Part shown: positions 12,410 through 23,975 of the stretch, one piece after another
Layout: each line of letters starts with the position of its first letter
Numbering within the stretch: the stretch's first letter is position 1
Assembly: GCA_038087875.1 (NCBI GenBank)
Contig: CM075991.1
Span: 8,682,001-8,746,000 of the forward strand
DNA: 64,000 nucleotides
Direction of reading: 5' to 3'
Origin: Malacoraja senta
Taxonomy: Eukaryota
Translations under genes and position numbers: made by a program
Notes under the pieces: generated by a model
What the model was told of the DNA's origin: nothing
The model's database searches: none
The model's input: the letters and a program-made list of their open reading frames with translations, nothing else

Positions 12410-12739
12410 TGGCCCTGTCCAACGATACGAGTTCATTCCAAGAGTTCTCCCGACTTTGCCCTGATTCGAACTCGGAGATTTACGGTAAAATGGCCGCTCG
12501 TCGGTACTCGGGGCTCTCGTGGACATTTTTCAACATGTTGAAAATTTTTCACGAGTCTTCCTGAGTACCTGCCGTTAGCGAGTCTTCCCGAGTACCTGCC
12601 GTTAGCGTTACGAGCCGCTAAGAGACGTCCCCGAGCTCCGACGTACCCGCTACGTTCATTCTCCGTGCTTACCACGAGTTTGATTTTTTAAAAACTCGGG
12701 AGAGCCCTTGGAATGAACTCGTACCGTGGGACAGGACCA
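12410..12739. mobile_element. PIF/Harbinger-type MITE (same subfamily as 62988-63317)
   Basis: TIRs TGGCCCTGTCCAACGATACGAGTTCATTCCAAG / reverse complement; TTA TSD on both sides; 330 bp. Confidence 0.9.
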
Positions 12740-13551
12740 TTAGTGAAAGCCAGACCTGGAGTGTGTGCAGACACACAAACCCTCTCCAACAGCAGGCAGA
12801 AAGCCTCCGCTCCCAGCCCCTGCTCATTCCTCAAGTATCGGCGACCCAAGGTGGAGGGCAGAGGGACCTGACGACAGTGAACACAAGAGTAAGGGCCGGG
12901 AAGAGGGTGAACCTGAGTCTGACCTTCTGCGCCCTCAAGGCAGCATCTCTGGAGCGAAGGAAATGGGTGACGTTTCGGGTCGAGACCCTTCTTCAGACCT
13001 CAAGGTCGGCTGAAGGTGACCCCGGTGGGCGAGGAGGGGGACCACGGTTCGCTAGCAGGATCCGGATGGAGGCGATGGATGGAGGCCATGTAGCAGCCTA
13101 GGGATCGCGTGAATCAGCCACCGCTCCAGGAGACCGAGCACACAGACCGGACTGGACCTTGAAAATGGAGTCAAGGCCTGATGTCTATTGCATGTAGTCT
13201 CTGTGGACTATTTCTGTGAACTTTGTACTAATCAGGGATTGTACTTAGGCAAGGCAATACTTTAATATAGTTTAGAGGTACAGGGTGGAAACAGGCCTAT
13301 AGTGACAGTTTTTACAACATCTCAAGGATTTGCAAGGATTCTCAAATGGCTACTCCAAGGCCCTTCAGACCACTGAGTCCGCACCGTCCAGCGATCATCG
13401 TATACAAACACTATCCTACACACACTGGGGACAATTTACATTTATACCGAAGCCAATTAACCCACAAACCTGTACGTCTTTGGAGTGTGGGAGAAAACCT
13501 ACGTGGTCACAGGAAGAACATACAAACTCTGCACAGGCAGTGCATGTAGTC

Positions 13552-13782
13552 GCTCAGCGGATGCAGCAGCATCTATGGAGCAAAGGAAATAGGCAACGTT
13601 TCAGGCCCGAAACCCTTCTTCAGACTGGAGGAAATAGGCAACGTTTCGGGCCGAAACCCTTCCGGGTTTCGGCCCGAAACGTTGCCTATTTCCTTCGCTC
13701 CATAGATGCTGCTGCACCCGCTGAGTTTCTCCAGCACTTTTGTCTACCTTCGATTTTCCAGCATCTGCAGTTCCTTCTTAAA
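13552..13782. mobile_element. PLE-derived fold-back mini-element, composite subfamily (reverse orientation), inserted in an HE1 SINE
   Basis: Reverse complement of the 6069/54452 junction; 14-bp TSD CAGTRCATGTAGTC at 13538 and 13783. Confidence 0.85.
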
Positions 13783-13880
13783 CAGTACATGTAGTCAGTT
13801 CTTGAAGCCAGGTCTCTGGCGCTGCAAGGCAGCAACTCTACCGCTATGCCTCACTGCTGTCCTCTAAGATTGGGACCAGT

Positions 13881-14003
13881 TTTCTTCTTGCGTATGGCGT
13901 GCATAGGCTAAAGTTGTAGAACAACTAGTCCTATTTGATCTTATTTGATTGTGCACGCCAGGTTGATTGCATTCGTCGAAACAGGGTTGCAATCTCCCAC
14001 CTC
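13881..14003 (-). mobile_element. Short (GAA)n-tailed retroposon, second copy
   Basis: Reverse complement of 11062-11203 with a small internal deletion; TSD ATTGGGACC(A/T)GT at 13869 and 14004. Confidence 0.8.
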
Positions 14004-14383
14004 ATTGGGACCTGTGTTAAATCTCAATACAGTCAGGTAAGCAGCAGGGAAGGGAAGGACAAAGAACAAAGCATCCGTCAACCAAACGGAGATGGAAAAA
14101 GAGCAGATGCTCACATTTAGAGTGAGGTTGTCTTTCTCTTTGCTTGGCTAAATTAAAAGCAGTCAGAAAACAAATAGGGTGCAAACAGCAGGAGAATAGA
14201 ACGTGTGGATGGCTTCAGCTTGCAATAACCCAGGTGCTAATTTCACATCGTCTGGGCCATTCGAAAAAATTTAAAAATAATCATTCAACATTTGTTACGA
14301 CAGCTCTTTAGTCTCAACAGGGTGCCTGTCTCAGAGTGGGAAACTACGCATGCATCAGAAGAAGTCAACAGCCACATTCCTAA

Positions 14384-14614
14384 AGGGCCTGTCCCACTTG
14401 GCAATTTTTTTCGGCGACTGCCGGCATCATTGACTGACGTATCAGGTCACCGGGATATTTGTGGCGTGATTGACGTATTGGCGCGCGGTGTTTCCTCAAG
14501 TGTCGCAACACTTCTTTTTGTCGCCGCTGGATTTTGAAATGTTCCAAGTCTTTTGGCGACACAGATATGACGCCGGGCAGTCGCCAAAAAAAATCGCCAT
14601 GTGGGACAGGCCCT
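14384..14614. mobile_element. PIF/Harbinger-type MITE
   Basis: TIR AGGGCCTGTCCCAC at both ends; TAA TSD; 231 bp. Confidence 0.9.
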
Positions 14615-14667
14615 TAATGCCTTTCGAGGGTTCCCCACCCCTGGGCTAGAGCAACAAATGAACATAG

Positions 14668-14841
14668 AAGGTAGACACAAAATGCTGGAGTAGCTCAACG
14701 GGTGAGGCAGCATCTATGGAGAGAAGGATGGAGAGAAACGTCACCCATTCCTTCTCTCCATAGATGCTGCCTCACCCGCTGAGTTATTCCAGCATTTTGT
14801 GTCTACCTTCGATTTTATCCAGCATCTGCAGGTCTTTCTTG
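14668..14841. mobile_element. PLE-derived fold-back mini-element
   Basis: Inverted arms of the PLE terminus; 13-bp TSD CAAATRAACATAG at 14655 and 14842. Confidence 0.8.
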
Positions 14842-15084
14842 CAAATAAACATAGTACATGAGACACAAAGGGCTGGAGTAACTCAGCGGGTCAGGCAGCT
14901 TACAACCCATTGGTATGAGCATTGATTTCCCTAACTTCAAGTCACCCTTGCATCCTCTCTCTCTCATTCAGGAGGTTCAGGGGGAAGAACAATGGAGGAC
15001 CTGGCATGGGGGGACCACCTTGAGGGAGGGGGAAGAACAATGGACAGTGGGGGAGGGGGGGGGAAGTACAATGCACAATGGGTC

Positions 15085-15348
15085 AGGATCCAGTGGCATG
15101 GAGTCCAAGACGACCGGAGACCCATTTCTGCTGCAGCCTTCATCCGCCTTCCCAGCCGTTGTGACGCTCCACTAAGGTCAGCCATCATCCTCCGCCTGTT
15201 CCACCGTTGAGGTCTTGGTTGGATTGCTCTTTGTCAGAGACTTCCGACTCGACCTTACCGCCATGGGTGGCCCTACCAGGAGCATAGCTCTCAGGATCCC
15301 AGGACCACACAAGCTTCTCCACCATGCCAAGGTAACAATCCACGGAGA
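15085..15348 (-). mobile_element. RTE-clade LINE 5' UTR fragment
   Basis: Reverse complement ...CCTTGGCATGGTGGAGAAGCTTGTGTG...GGTAGGGCCACCCATGG...TCTGACAAAGAG resembles the conserved 5' block of RTE/BovB/Expander elements as I recall it. Confidence 0.65.
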
Positions 15349-15846
15349 CTAACACTATCCTACACACACTAGGGACAATTGACAATTAGACTAAGCAGAT
15401 TAACCTACAAACCCATATGTTTTTAGAGTGTGTGAGGAAACTGGAGCCTGCCCAATGAAATCCCACAGAAGTCACGAGGAGAACGTACAAACTCCACACA
15501 GACAGTCAGTGTCGAACCCGGGTTTTTTTGGGCTTTAAGGCAGCAACTCTACCGCTGCATGGCCGCGCCGACCTTGCAGGTGGTTATTTTTCAAACAGAT
15601 TGGCGCGTTCTTCTCAAGAATTTATTTACCATCGTCCTAAAAATATTCAAAGACCATGTTTCGATCATCTTTGGAGGAAAGAAGTTTGCAAAGACTTGTG
15701 TTGTGCAGGGAGAGAAAAGTTCAGCTCAAATGTCTGATGGAGATAAAAAGAAACTGCAGATGCTGAAATCCTGAGCACAAAACAATGTATCGGAGGAACT
15801 CAGCTGGTCAGGCAGCATGTGTAGAGGGAATGAACGGACGACGTTC

Positions 15847-16116
15847 ATGAACAGAACAATGAACAGAACACTTTTTCTCACAGAGAGTGGTGAGTCTGTG
15901 GAATTCTCTGCCTCAGAGGGCGGTGGAGGCCGGTTCTCTGGATGCTTTCAAGAGAGAGCTAGATAGGGCTCTTAAAAATAGCGGAGTCAGGGGATATGGG
16001 GAGAAGGCAGGAATGGGGTACTGATTGGGGACGATCAGCCATGATCACATTGAATGGCGGTGCTGGCTCGAAGGGCCGAATGGCCTACTCCTGCACCTAT
16101 TGTCTATTGTCTATTG
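15847..16116 (+). mobile_element. CR1-type LINE 3' fragment with (CTATTGT)n tail
   Basis: FSQRVVSLWNSLPQRAVEAGSLDAFKRELDRAL plus 3'UTR; inserted in a PLE mini-element with GACGTT on both sides. Confidence 0.9.
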
Positions 16117-16379
16117 ACGTTTCAGGATGGTACTCTTCCTCAGACTAATTAGCAGTTCCTCCAGCACTTGAGTGATACAGTGTGGAAATAAGTCCTTCTG
16201 CCCAACTTGCCTGCACAGACCAACATGTCCCATGTACACTAGTCCCACCTACCTATCCCTCCAAATCCTATCCAGTTGTTAGCTGTCCATTACTCCACGA
16301 ACACCACCTGACCCATTTAGTTCCTCCAGCATTTTATTTGTTTTACTTCCATTGTCCAAAATGGGAAATCATAATTTTT

Positions 16380-17880
16380 ATGCAATGGCAACCTGGTTTT
16401 AGATTTCCCCACGAGGATAAATCCTCTCCATATTCACCCTGTCAAGCCATCTTAGGATTTATATGGTTCAGTCAAGTCTACTCTCATTCTTCTAAAACTC
16501 CAACAGATGCAAGTTTTGCCTGTCCAATCTTCCCTCATAAACCAAGCTGCCCATTCCGAGTATTAGTCAAATAAACCTTTGAACTGCTTCCAACGCATTT
16601 GCATTCTTCCTTAAAGAACAAGACCATTTCTCTATACAGTAATGCCCAATTTAAATGAAGCATAGCTGCACTAATTCTGTATTGAATCCCCTGGGCAATA
16701 AAAAATAACATTGTTAGCTTTGCTAATTACTCTGTGCCTTAATACTGGCTTTTTTTTGCCAACTATGTATTAGAATGTCCAGATGTCACTGCGTTTCAGA
16801 GCTTTGCGATCTCTAGTCATTTAGAGAACATGCTTCTTGTTTTATTTTTTTCCCTGGCAAAATGGACATAGTCATAGAGTCCCACAGCGTGGAAACAGGC
16901 CCTTTGGCCCAACTTGCACACACTGACCAACATGTCCCACATGCCTGCATTTGGCCCATATCCCTCTAAACCAGTCCTATCCATGTACCTAATTGTTTTA
17001 TAAACGTTGCAATAGTCCCTGCCTCAACTACCTCCTCAGTTCCATATATCCGCCACCTTTTGTATGACAAAGTTACCCCTCAGATTCTCATTAAATCTTT
17101 CCCCTTCTACCTTAAACCTATGTCCTCTGGTTCTGGATTCCCCTACTGTGGGCAGGAGACTCTGTGCATCTACCCGATCTATTCCTCTCATGACAATTTC
17201 AACTTATCCCAAACTATTGTGGCGGGGACTGGCAGGAGTCCAGCCAAAAACTAGTTGGACACAAGTTGTGTGCTCTAGACGTGTTTATTTTTCTGCAATA
17301 CAGCTCCCTACTCCTTAGCTAACACGGGCGTTGCCCGGCCTTAAATAACAACTCAAATACCGACCCCGTGACTCGCACCTCCCCCTCTAGAGCCCATGGT
17401 TCGTCGTGACCTTGGGTTGCTATCAGGTGCCGCCACACTATATTCCTTTTGACGATCTTTGCCCTATCACTTAATATATCAATATCACCTTTTTAGCCTC
17501 CTTACATCCTCTTCACAGTTTACTTTCTGAATCAGACATTAGAGGCAGCAATGTCAGCAGCAAAATTTGCAAATGCATTTCTGGAGCCATCATCCGAGTC
17601 ATTTATATAATTTATAAAAAGTTGTGGCCCCAGCACTAGACCCTGTGGAACACATTTAATTACATCACCCCCTCGAGCAATAAGACTTATTTGGGGCTCT
17701 CACTTTTTCCAGTCAGCCAGCCAAGTATCGATCCATGTCTATATGTTACATCCTATGCCATAAAAATGTTCTGCAAATATCTTTTGATATAGCTTATCAA
17801 ATGTCTTCTGGAAATCTATGTGTAGAACATCCAGTGCTTTCCCTTCATACACAGAATTGGTCAAAAATGACTTATATTTC
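16380..17880 (-). mobile_element. Old fragmented CR1-type LINE (RT domain remnant), interrupted by a younger HER1-type fragment (16866-17195) and a solo LTR
   Basis: Minus-strand VYEGKALDVLHIDFQKTFDKL resembles the CR1 RT motif DVVYLDFQKAFDKV; degenerate downstream ORF2 sequence to ~16380. Confidence 0.65.
17218..17437 (-). mobile_element. Solo LTR (Gypsy/ERV-like), 220 bp
   Basis: TG...CA ends with 8-bp inverted repeat TGTGGCGG/CCGCCACA, perfect 4-bp TSD CTAT, AATAAA on the minus strand. Confidence 0.8.
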
Positions 17881-17895
17881 ATAAAATTGTGTTGG

Positions 17896-18327
17896 TTGAA
17901 TGAATGAGTGAATGAGTTTATGAGTGAATGATGAATGAATGAGTGAATGCATGAATGAATGAATGAATGAATGAATGAATGAATGAATGAATGAATGAGG
18001 GAATGAATGAATGAATGAATGAGGGAATGAATGAGGGAATGAATGAATGAGGGAATGAATGAGGGAATGAATGAATGAGGGAATGAATGAGGGAATGAAT
18101 GAATGAGGGAATGAATGAGGGAATGAATGAGGGAATGAATGAGGGAATGAATGAATGAGGGAATGAATGAGTGAATGGATGAGTGAATGAATGAATGAAT
18201 GAATGAGTGAATGAATGAATGAATGAATGAGTGAATGAATGAATGAGTGAATGAATGAATGAATGAATGAGTGAATGAATGAATGAATGAATGAGTGAAT
18301 GAATGAATGAATGAATGAATGAATGAA
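17896..18327. repeat. (GAAT)n microsatellite with GAGG/GAGT variants
   Basis: Direct tetranucleotide repeat; source of the HSFI-repeat ORFs. Confidence 0.99.
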
Positions 18328-18979
18328 CAAATCTTTATTATCATGTGTGACATGTTACAGTGAAATTCATTGCTTTGTGTACCATATAGAGAGTATGCAA
18401 AGAGTTGCTACGTAAAGGGTGGCGACTAAGTTACAGAGTGTTCTTTTGTAACTTTTCTTGTTAGTCTTAACTTTGACTTTTCTTAAATACGGTAAATGTG
18501 TCCAATTTCTCTGCTATGGTAGGGAGGATGGTACGTGTGATGGCCTGGGCTGAGTGCACAATTCTCTGCAATTTCCTGCAGTCTCTGGATGGAGCTGTTC
18601 CCAAACCATGCCGTGATGCACGCAGATGAAATGCTTTCTACAGTTCCTACTGAAACTGGTGTCCTCGAGGTGGCATCCATTCCTGGTCCACGATACTCAA
18701 CGCTACAGATTGGTCGTATGGTTAACAATAAAGCCAGCAATACAATGCAAAGCTTATTGTGGGCAGCTGTAATCTTTTTTTTTCATTGGGAGCACAATCC
18801 AAAATATAAATGGTATTAGGAGGAGATCAGTCTGAAGAAGGGCCTCGACCTGAAATGTTACCCATTCCTTCTCTCCAGAGATGCTGCCTGTCCTGCTGAG
18901 TTACTCCAGCATTTTGTGTCTACCTATAAATGATATTATATATATTAAATGATATATTATATGATATTAAATGATAGTG

Positions 18980-19272
18980 GGAGGCATGGTGGCGCAACGA
19001 TAGGGCCACTGCCTTACAGCGCCAGAGGCTTGGGTTCGATCCTGACTACGGGTGCTTGTCTGTACGGAGTTTGTACGTTCTCCCCGTGACCGATCTTCAG
19101 ATTCCTCCCACACTCCAGACGTACAGGTTTGTAGGTTAATTGGCTTGGAATAATTGTATAGAGTAAAATTGTCCCTAGTGTGCTCAGGGTAGTGTTAATG
19201 TGCGGGAATTGCTGGTCGGCACGGACTCGGTGGGCCGAATGGCCTCTTTACACGCTGCATCTCTAAACTAAA
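18980..19272 (+). mobile_element. HE1/V-SINE-type SINE
   Basis: tRNA-like head, B box GGTTCGATCC, V-domain-like core, tail ending TCTCTAAACTAAA. Confidence 0.9.
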
Positions 19273-19544
19273 ATTACTACTGCACAGACTGATTTGCATG
19301 CAGAAACCGTGTTCTTTTTCACGCCAGATCAGCCTGGCAATGGTAGTCACTTGAATCTATTAAACGGTGGGAAAAGGAGCCTGTGAATATTAATATTGAT
19401 GAGCACGTTATGGACATTAAAAAAGTGTAAATAAAAAAGTGAACATGGTTCCAAACCTTCCCAATCTTCCAAGTGAAAACAACATATTTTATTCATTAAT
19501 GTTATTCATCAAAGTTGATATTCATCCTATTTAATGGCGATGAT

Positions 19545-19753
19545 TTAATCAAGTGTTTCATCAATATGGATCACTTCATTAGAGAACACGACAAGGCTTG
19601 GCATTTCTAATGATCTTGGAAGCTTTTTGTTCTCCTTTGTTTTGAAGGAGGCTTTATTCGACTGCTTTATAGTTTTCCCTTTGTACTTCTGAAAGGATCC
19701 ACTAGCAAGGAGACAAGGATATTTTGTTATTTGCCCAGAGGGTGTACGGGAGG
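19545..19753 (-). other. Weak candidate terminal coding exon (unidentified peptide)
   Basis: Acceptor TTTTGGCCTTGCAG, 68 open codons SRTPSGQITKYPCLLASGSFQKYKGK...VIHIDETLD then stop, AATAAA at 19488-19493 (minus) and T-rich downstream; no homology recognised. Confidence 0.25.
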
Positions 19754-19904
19754 CTGCAAGGCCAAAAGTTAAATGTCGATTTCAGTAAAAAAAGTCGACC
19801 ACAATGCCTGGGGTTTCGAGTCACTTAGCGGCCAGGTCGGAATGCCCTTCCCTGAAAAACATTGAACTCCACAAGTGACCCAAGAAACAAAAAAGTTACA
19901 TTTA

Positions 19905-20093
19905 AGGGCCCGTCCCACTTGGCGATTTTGCCAACGTTATATCAGTCTCGCCAAAAGATATTGAGCATTTCAAAATCCAGCGGCGACAAAAGAAATGTTG
20001 TGACGCTTGAAACAACACCGCGCGTCAATACGTCATCACGCCGCGTCATGCCGCGTATTTTTCGGTGACCTGAGACGTCAGTCAATTGATGCC
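19905..20093. mobile_element. PIF/Harbinger-type MITE, one TIR missing (inverted relative of 14384-14614)
   Basis: TTA then AGGGCCCGTCCCACTTGG; interior is reverse-complement similar to 14384-14614. Confidence 0.8.
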
Positions 20094-20104
20094 AACATTT
20101 ACAG

Positions 20105-20330
20105 CAAGGGTTCCCAACCTGGGGTAAATGTACCCCCAGGAGGTAAATTTCGCCTACCCATTGTTGATTGTGGATTTGTTAAAAACAGTACTTTAAAATG
20201 TCCCCAATGTCAGTTGCTTTATTGGGGTAGACGTGTAAATCAAATTACTGAACAAAACAGGGAGGGGGTAAATTTACTGTCGAAAAGTTGCCAGGGGGTA
20301 AACGGGACGAAAAAGGTTGGGAACCCCCTG
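20105..20330. mobile_element. hAT (Charlie-like) MITE
   Basis: TIRs CAAGGGTTCCCAACCT / AGGTTGGGAACCCCCTG; 8-bp TSD ATTTACAG/AGTTACAG (7/8); repeated GGTAAA subterminal motifs. Confidence 0.8.
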
Positions 20331-21202
20331 AGTTACAGCATTGGAAACAAACTTCATGAAACGTGTACATATTTGGAGTGTGGAAGGAAACCGGAGAACC
20401 CAGAGAAAATCCAGTCACGCCGTCACAGGGAGAACATACAAGCTCTGTACAGACAGCACCCGTGGTCAGGATCGAACCTGAGTCTCTGGTGGTGAAAGGC
20501 AGCAACTCTGTGTCGCTGTGGTGCTCTTTTGCTCACAAGGCTTCAAACGTGTAGACTCTTTGTCAACATGTAGGAGCTAGGGTTACACGTTTTAGATTTC
20601 ATCGAGGGGTATAGTTCAGAAACAAACCCATCGACCCACCAAATCAATGCAGACCATCAACAGCACGATGACACAGATTGTAAAACAGCTGCAACACAGC
20701 ACGAGAGACTCGGGTTTGATCCTGACCTCTGGTGCTATCTGCGTGGAGTTTGCGTGCTCTCCCTGTGACCAGGTGGGTTTCCTCCGAGTTCTCCAGTTTC
20801 CTTGCACATCACAACTACGTGTGGGTTTGTGGTTTAATAGACCTCTCTAAATTTCTCCTTGCTTGATGGGAGTGGATGTGAAATTGGAATAATCGATGAT
20901 CGGCTTGGACTTACTGGGCCGAAGGGCCCATTTCCATTTTGTATCTCTAAACTAAGCCAAAACTAAAATAATAGTTGGGGCTTTGCGTTGGGATAAACTT
21001 GCAAGGGCAAAGTTCCCACACAAAGCCCTCATTGGTGGGTGGGGGTGGGGGTGGGGGGGGGGAACTGGGCATGCAGTGCATCACAAGGAGGGTCCCATCT
21101 GGTGATGAACTCCACTCATGGATTGAGAATCAACCATTGAACATCACACATTTCCATCATCCAGTAGATACTGAGGCATTGATCATCACATATCCTCTTG
21201 AA

Positions 21203-21665
21203 GATGGACACAAAATGCTGGAGTAACTCAGCAGGACAGGCAGCATCTCTGGAGAGAAGGAATGAGTGACGTTTCGGTTGGGCAGCTTACACCCCAGCGG
21301 TATGAATATTTACTTCTGTAACTTCAAGTAACCCTTGTTTTCACTCTCTCTCCATCCCTCCCCCTTCCCAGTTCTCCGACCAGTCCGACTGTCCCAGATT
21401 ACACTTCATCTCCGTTACCTTCTCCTAGCTATCAATGATCTATTCTTCATTGCCCTTGATCTCCACCCCCCTTTGATGCCTCATTCTTACACCTTACACT
21501 TCCTTATCTCTATATCTCCCCTGACTCTCAGTCTGAAGAAGGGTCTCGACCGGAAAAGTCACCCATTCCTTCTCTCCGGAGGCGCTGCCTGTCCCGCTGA
21601 GTTACTCCAGCAGTTTGTGTCCGTCTTCGGTTTAAACCAGCATCTGCAGTTCCTTCCTACACACA
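21203..21665 (+). mobile_element. Penelope-like element: inverted terminal piece, ORF end and pLTR
   Basis: 21203-21277 is an inverted terminus, then LGSLHPSGMNIYFCNFK* (PLE ORF C-terminus), pLTR, degenerate hammerhead at 21533 and conserved end. Confidence 0.85.
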
Positions 21666-21841
21666 CCCTCTTGATCTAGCAGATATTGGACCATTGACCA
21701 TCACACATTCCCTCAATCCTGTAGCGTCCACCTTAGAATCACCAAAACAATGATTTCATTGTCCCTACCAATCTGCAGTAGTGGAGAAGTTTGAGGATGA
21801 GGGAAAGCCAATTCAAACTGAAATTTCCCAGCCTCACATAT

Positions 21842-22015
21842 CATAGAAACATTAAAAATAGGTGCACGAGTAGGCCATTCGGCCCTTCGAGCGAGCACCG
21901 CCATTCAATATGATCATGGCTGATCGTCCAAAGTCAGTACCCCATTCCTGCTTTCTCCCCCTATCCCTTGATTCCGTTGGCCCAAAGAGGCATATCTAAC
22001 TCTCTCTAGAATACA
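21842..22015 (-). mobile_element. CR1-type LINE 3' end
   Basis: Reverse-complement 3'UTR with GAAGGGCCGAATGGCCT hairpin and TTTCTATG-type tail. Confidence 0.85.
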
Positions 22016-22569
22016 TCATCTTGGCATCATCATTATCGTCTTGGCTGAGATGATATGTGTCACAACAGAGCAGGAAGCAAACCGGAGACTACCAAATTAC
22101 TTTAATCACCCACGCACCCACTGAGCTCAGACAGGTCTGCAATTGTCTTGGTTCACAGTAACTGAGAAGAAGAAACATTTATGCAACTCCAGTGATTAAA
22201 GAACTTTGCACAATTTCAGTCTGCAATTGTCTCGAAAAACGAAGGAAGTTCCTTTGTCTGACTATAGAACAACATGTCAAATCATCTCCATCCAACTTGA
22301 CAAACACACATTTATTCAATGCAAGAGTTAGCTCTATGAGTGTTGACTTTCACTGTAGTCTTCCTTCAACACATCAGATGTTCTTCAGCCTTCACTGTGA
22401 CATCAAACCAGTCAACTTTAAATAGGCTTGATGATGACAGGCATTCAAACATGGTGCGCAAGTCAGTAATACTGCTTTTGCTCACCAAATAAAAGGAAGC
22501 AACATTTTATGTTATATTTTACAAACGTTTATATGGAATTTTTGTGCATTGAGAAATTGAGTGCATAGA

Positions 22570-22850
22570 GGGTGGCAGGGTGGCGCGGCTACTGCCTTAC
22601 AGCGCCAGACACCTAGGTTCGATCCTGACTACGGGTGTGTGTACGTTCTGCCCATGACCACCTGGGTTTTCTCCGACAAGTTCGGTTTCCTCCCGCACTC
22701 CAAAAACGTACAGGTTTGTAGGTTAATTAACTTGGTATAAAATGTAAACTGTCCCTAATGTGACTAGGAGAGTGTTAATGTGCGGGGATCGCTGGTTGGT
22801 GTGGATTCGGTGGACCGAAGGGTCTATTTCCGTGATATATCTCTGGACTA
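22570..22850 (+). mobile_element. HE1/V-SINE-type SINE
   Basis: Head, B box, V-like core and tail as in other copies. Confidence 0.85.
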
Positions 22851-23119
22851 AAAAGCTAAGAAGCCCAGGCAAGATTTTGAAACTTCCCAGTTTCTCCTCT
22901 GGTACAACCAGTGATGAATGCTTTATCTCTTTGGGTGGCAGCCTTCCACAAGTCAAAAGGTTGATACAAAGATCTGCAGATGCTGGTTAATATACTAAAA
23001 GGTCACAAAATGCTGGAGTAACTCAGCAGCATCACTCGTGGATAGGTGACGTTTTGCTTCGGGAAGAAGGGTCCTGACCCAAAACGTCACCTATCCATGT
23101 CCTCCAGAGATGCTTTATG

Positions 23120-23975
23120 CCCTTTCAAGTCAAAACATGTTGAGTTCAATTCTTGGAGCACAAACACCTTGGCTGATGGTCCAATGCAGTATTGCAGGAG
23201 TACTAACTCAACGGGACAGGCAGCATCTCTGGAGAACATGGATAGGTGAGGTTTTTGGACAGGACCCTTCTTCCCGAAGCAAAACGTCACCTATCCATGA
23301 GCATCGCTGGATAGAAGGAATGGGCGCCTTCCTAAGAGGTGAAGAAGTGTCTCGACCCAAAACGTCACCCATGCCTTCTATCCAGAGATGCCGCCTGTCC
23401 AGCTGAGTTACTCTAGTTTTTTGTGTCTACCTTCGGTGAAAGTCAGCATCTGTGAAGAGAAGGAATGGGTGACGTTTCGAGTCGAGACCCTTCTTCAGAC
23501 TGAAGACAGGAAATGCTGGAGTAACTCAGCGGGACAGGCAGCATCTCTGGAGAGAAGGAATGGGTGACGTTTCTGGTCAAGACCCTTCTTCAGTCTGAAG
23601 AAGGGTCTCAACCCGAAAGGTCACCCATTCCTTCTCTCCAGAGAATGTGCCTGCCCCGCTGGGTTACTCCAGCATTTTGTGTCTATCTTCGGTGTAAACC
23701 AGCATCTGCAGTTCCTTCCTACACATTGAAGAAGTACTGCACTTTATTCTGAAGATGTAAAATCAAAATTCTGCAGGCTCTCAAAGGAAGCTAAGGAAGA
23801 TGCCAAGGTATTATTTCAGAAAGAGCAGGGGAGATCTGGACAGTATTTTTTAAAATCTATTTTTGATTGGGATGATGTTTTTTTACAAACAGCTGCCCTG
23901 TTTCCTGCATATCAGCCGTGAACCCACTTCGAGCAAATGCTTGAGAACTAACTAAGGTACAATATTAATGCGTGT
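23120..23975 (+). mobile_element. Old Deu-SINE (SacSINE1/AmnSINE-like) split by stacked PLE mini-elements (23205-23724)
   Basis: Head ...GGCTGATGGTCCAATGCAGTATTGCAGGAGTACT and, after the insert, GATGCCAAGGTATTATTTCAGAAAGAGCAGGGGAG and GCTGCCCTGTTTCCTGCAT, resembling the Deu domain as recalled; TTG(C/A)AG(G/A)AGTACT is duplicated around the insert. Confidence 0.55.

Noticed and set aside
17739..18353. HSFI-repeat ORFs of 152-204 aa
   Set aside because: Translation of (GAAT)n; the non-repetitive tail is a decayed CR1 RT piece
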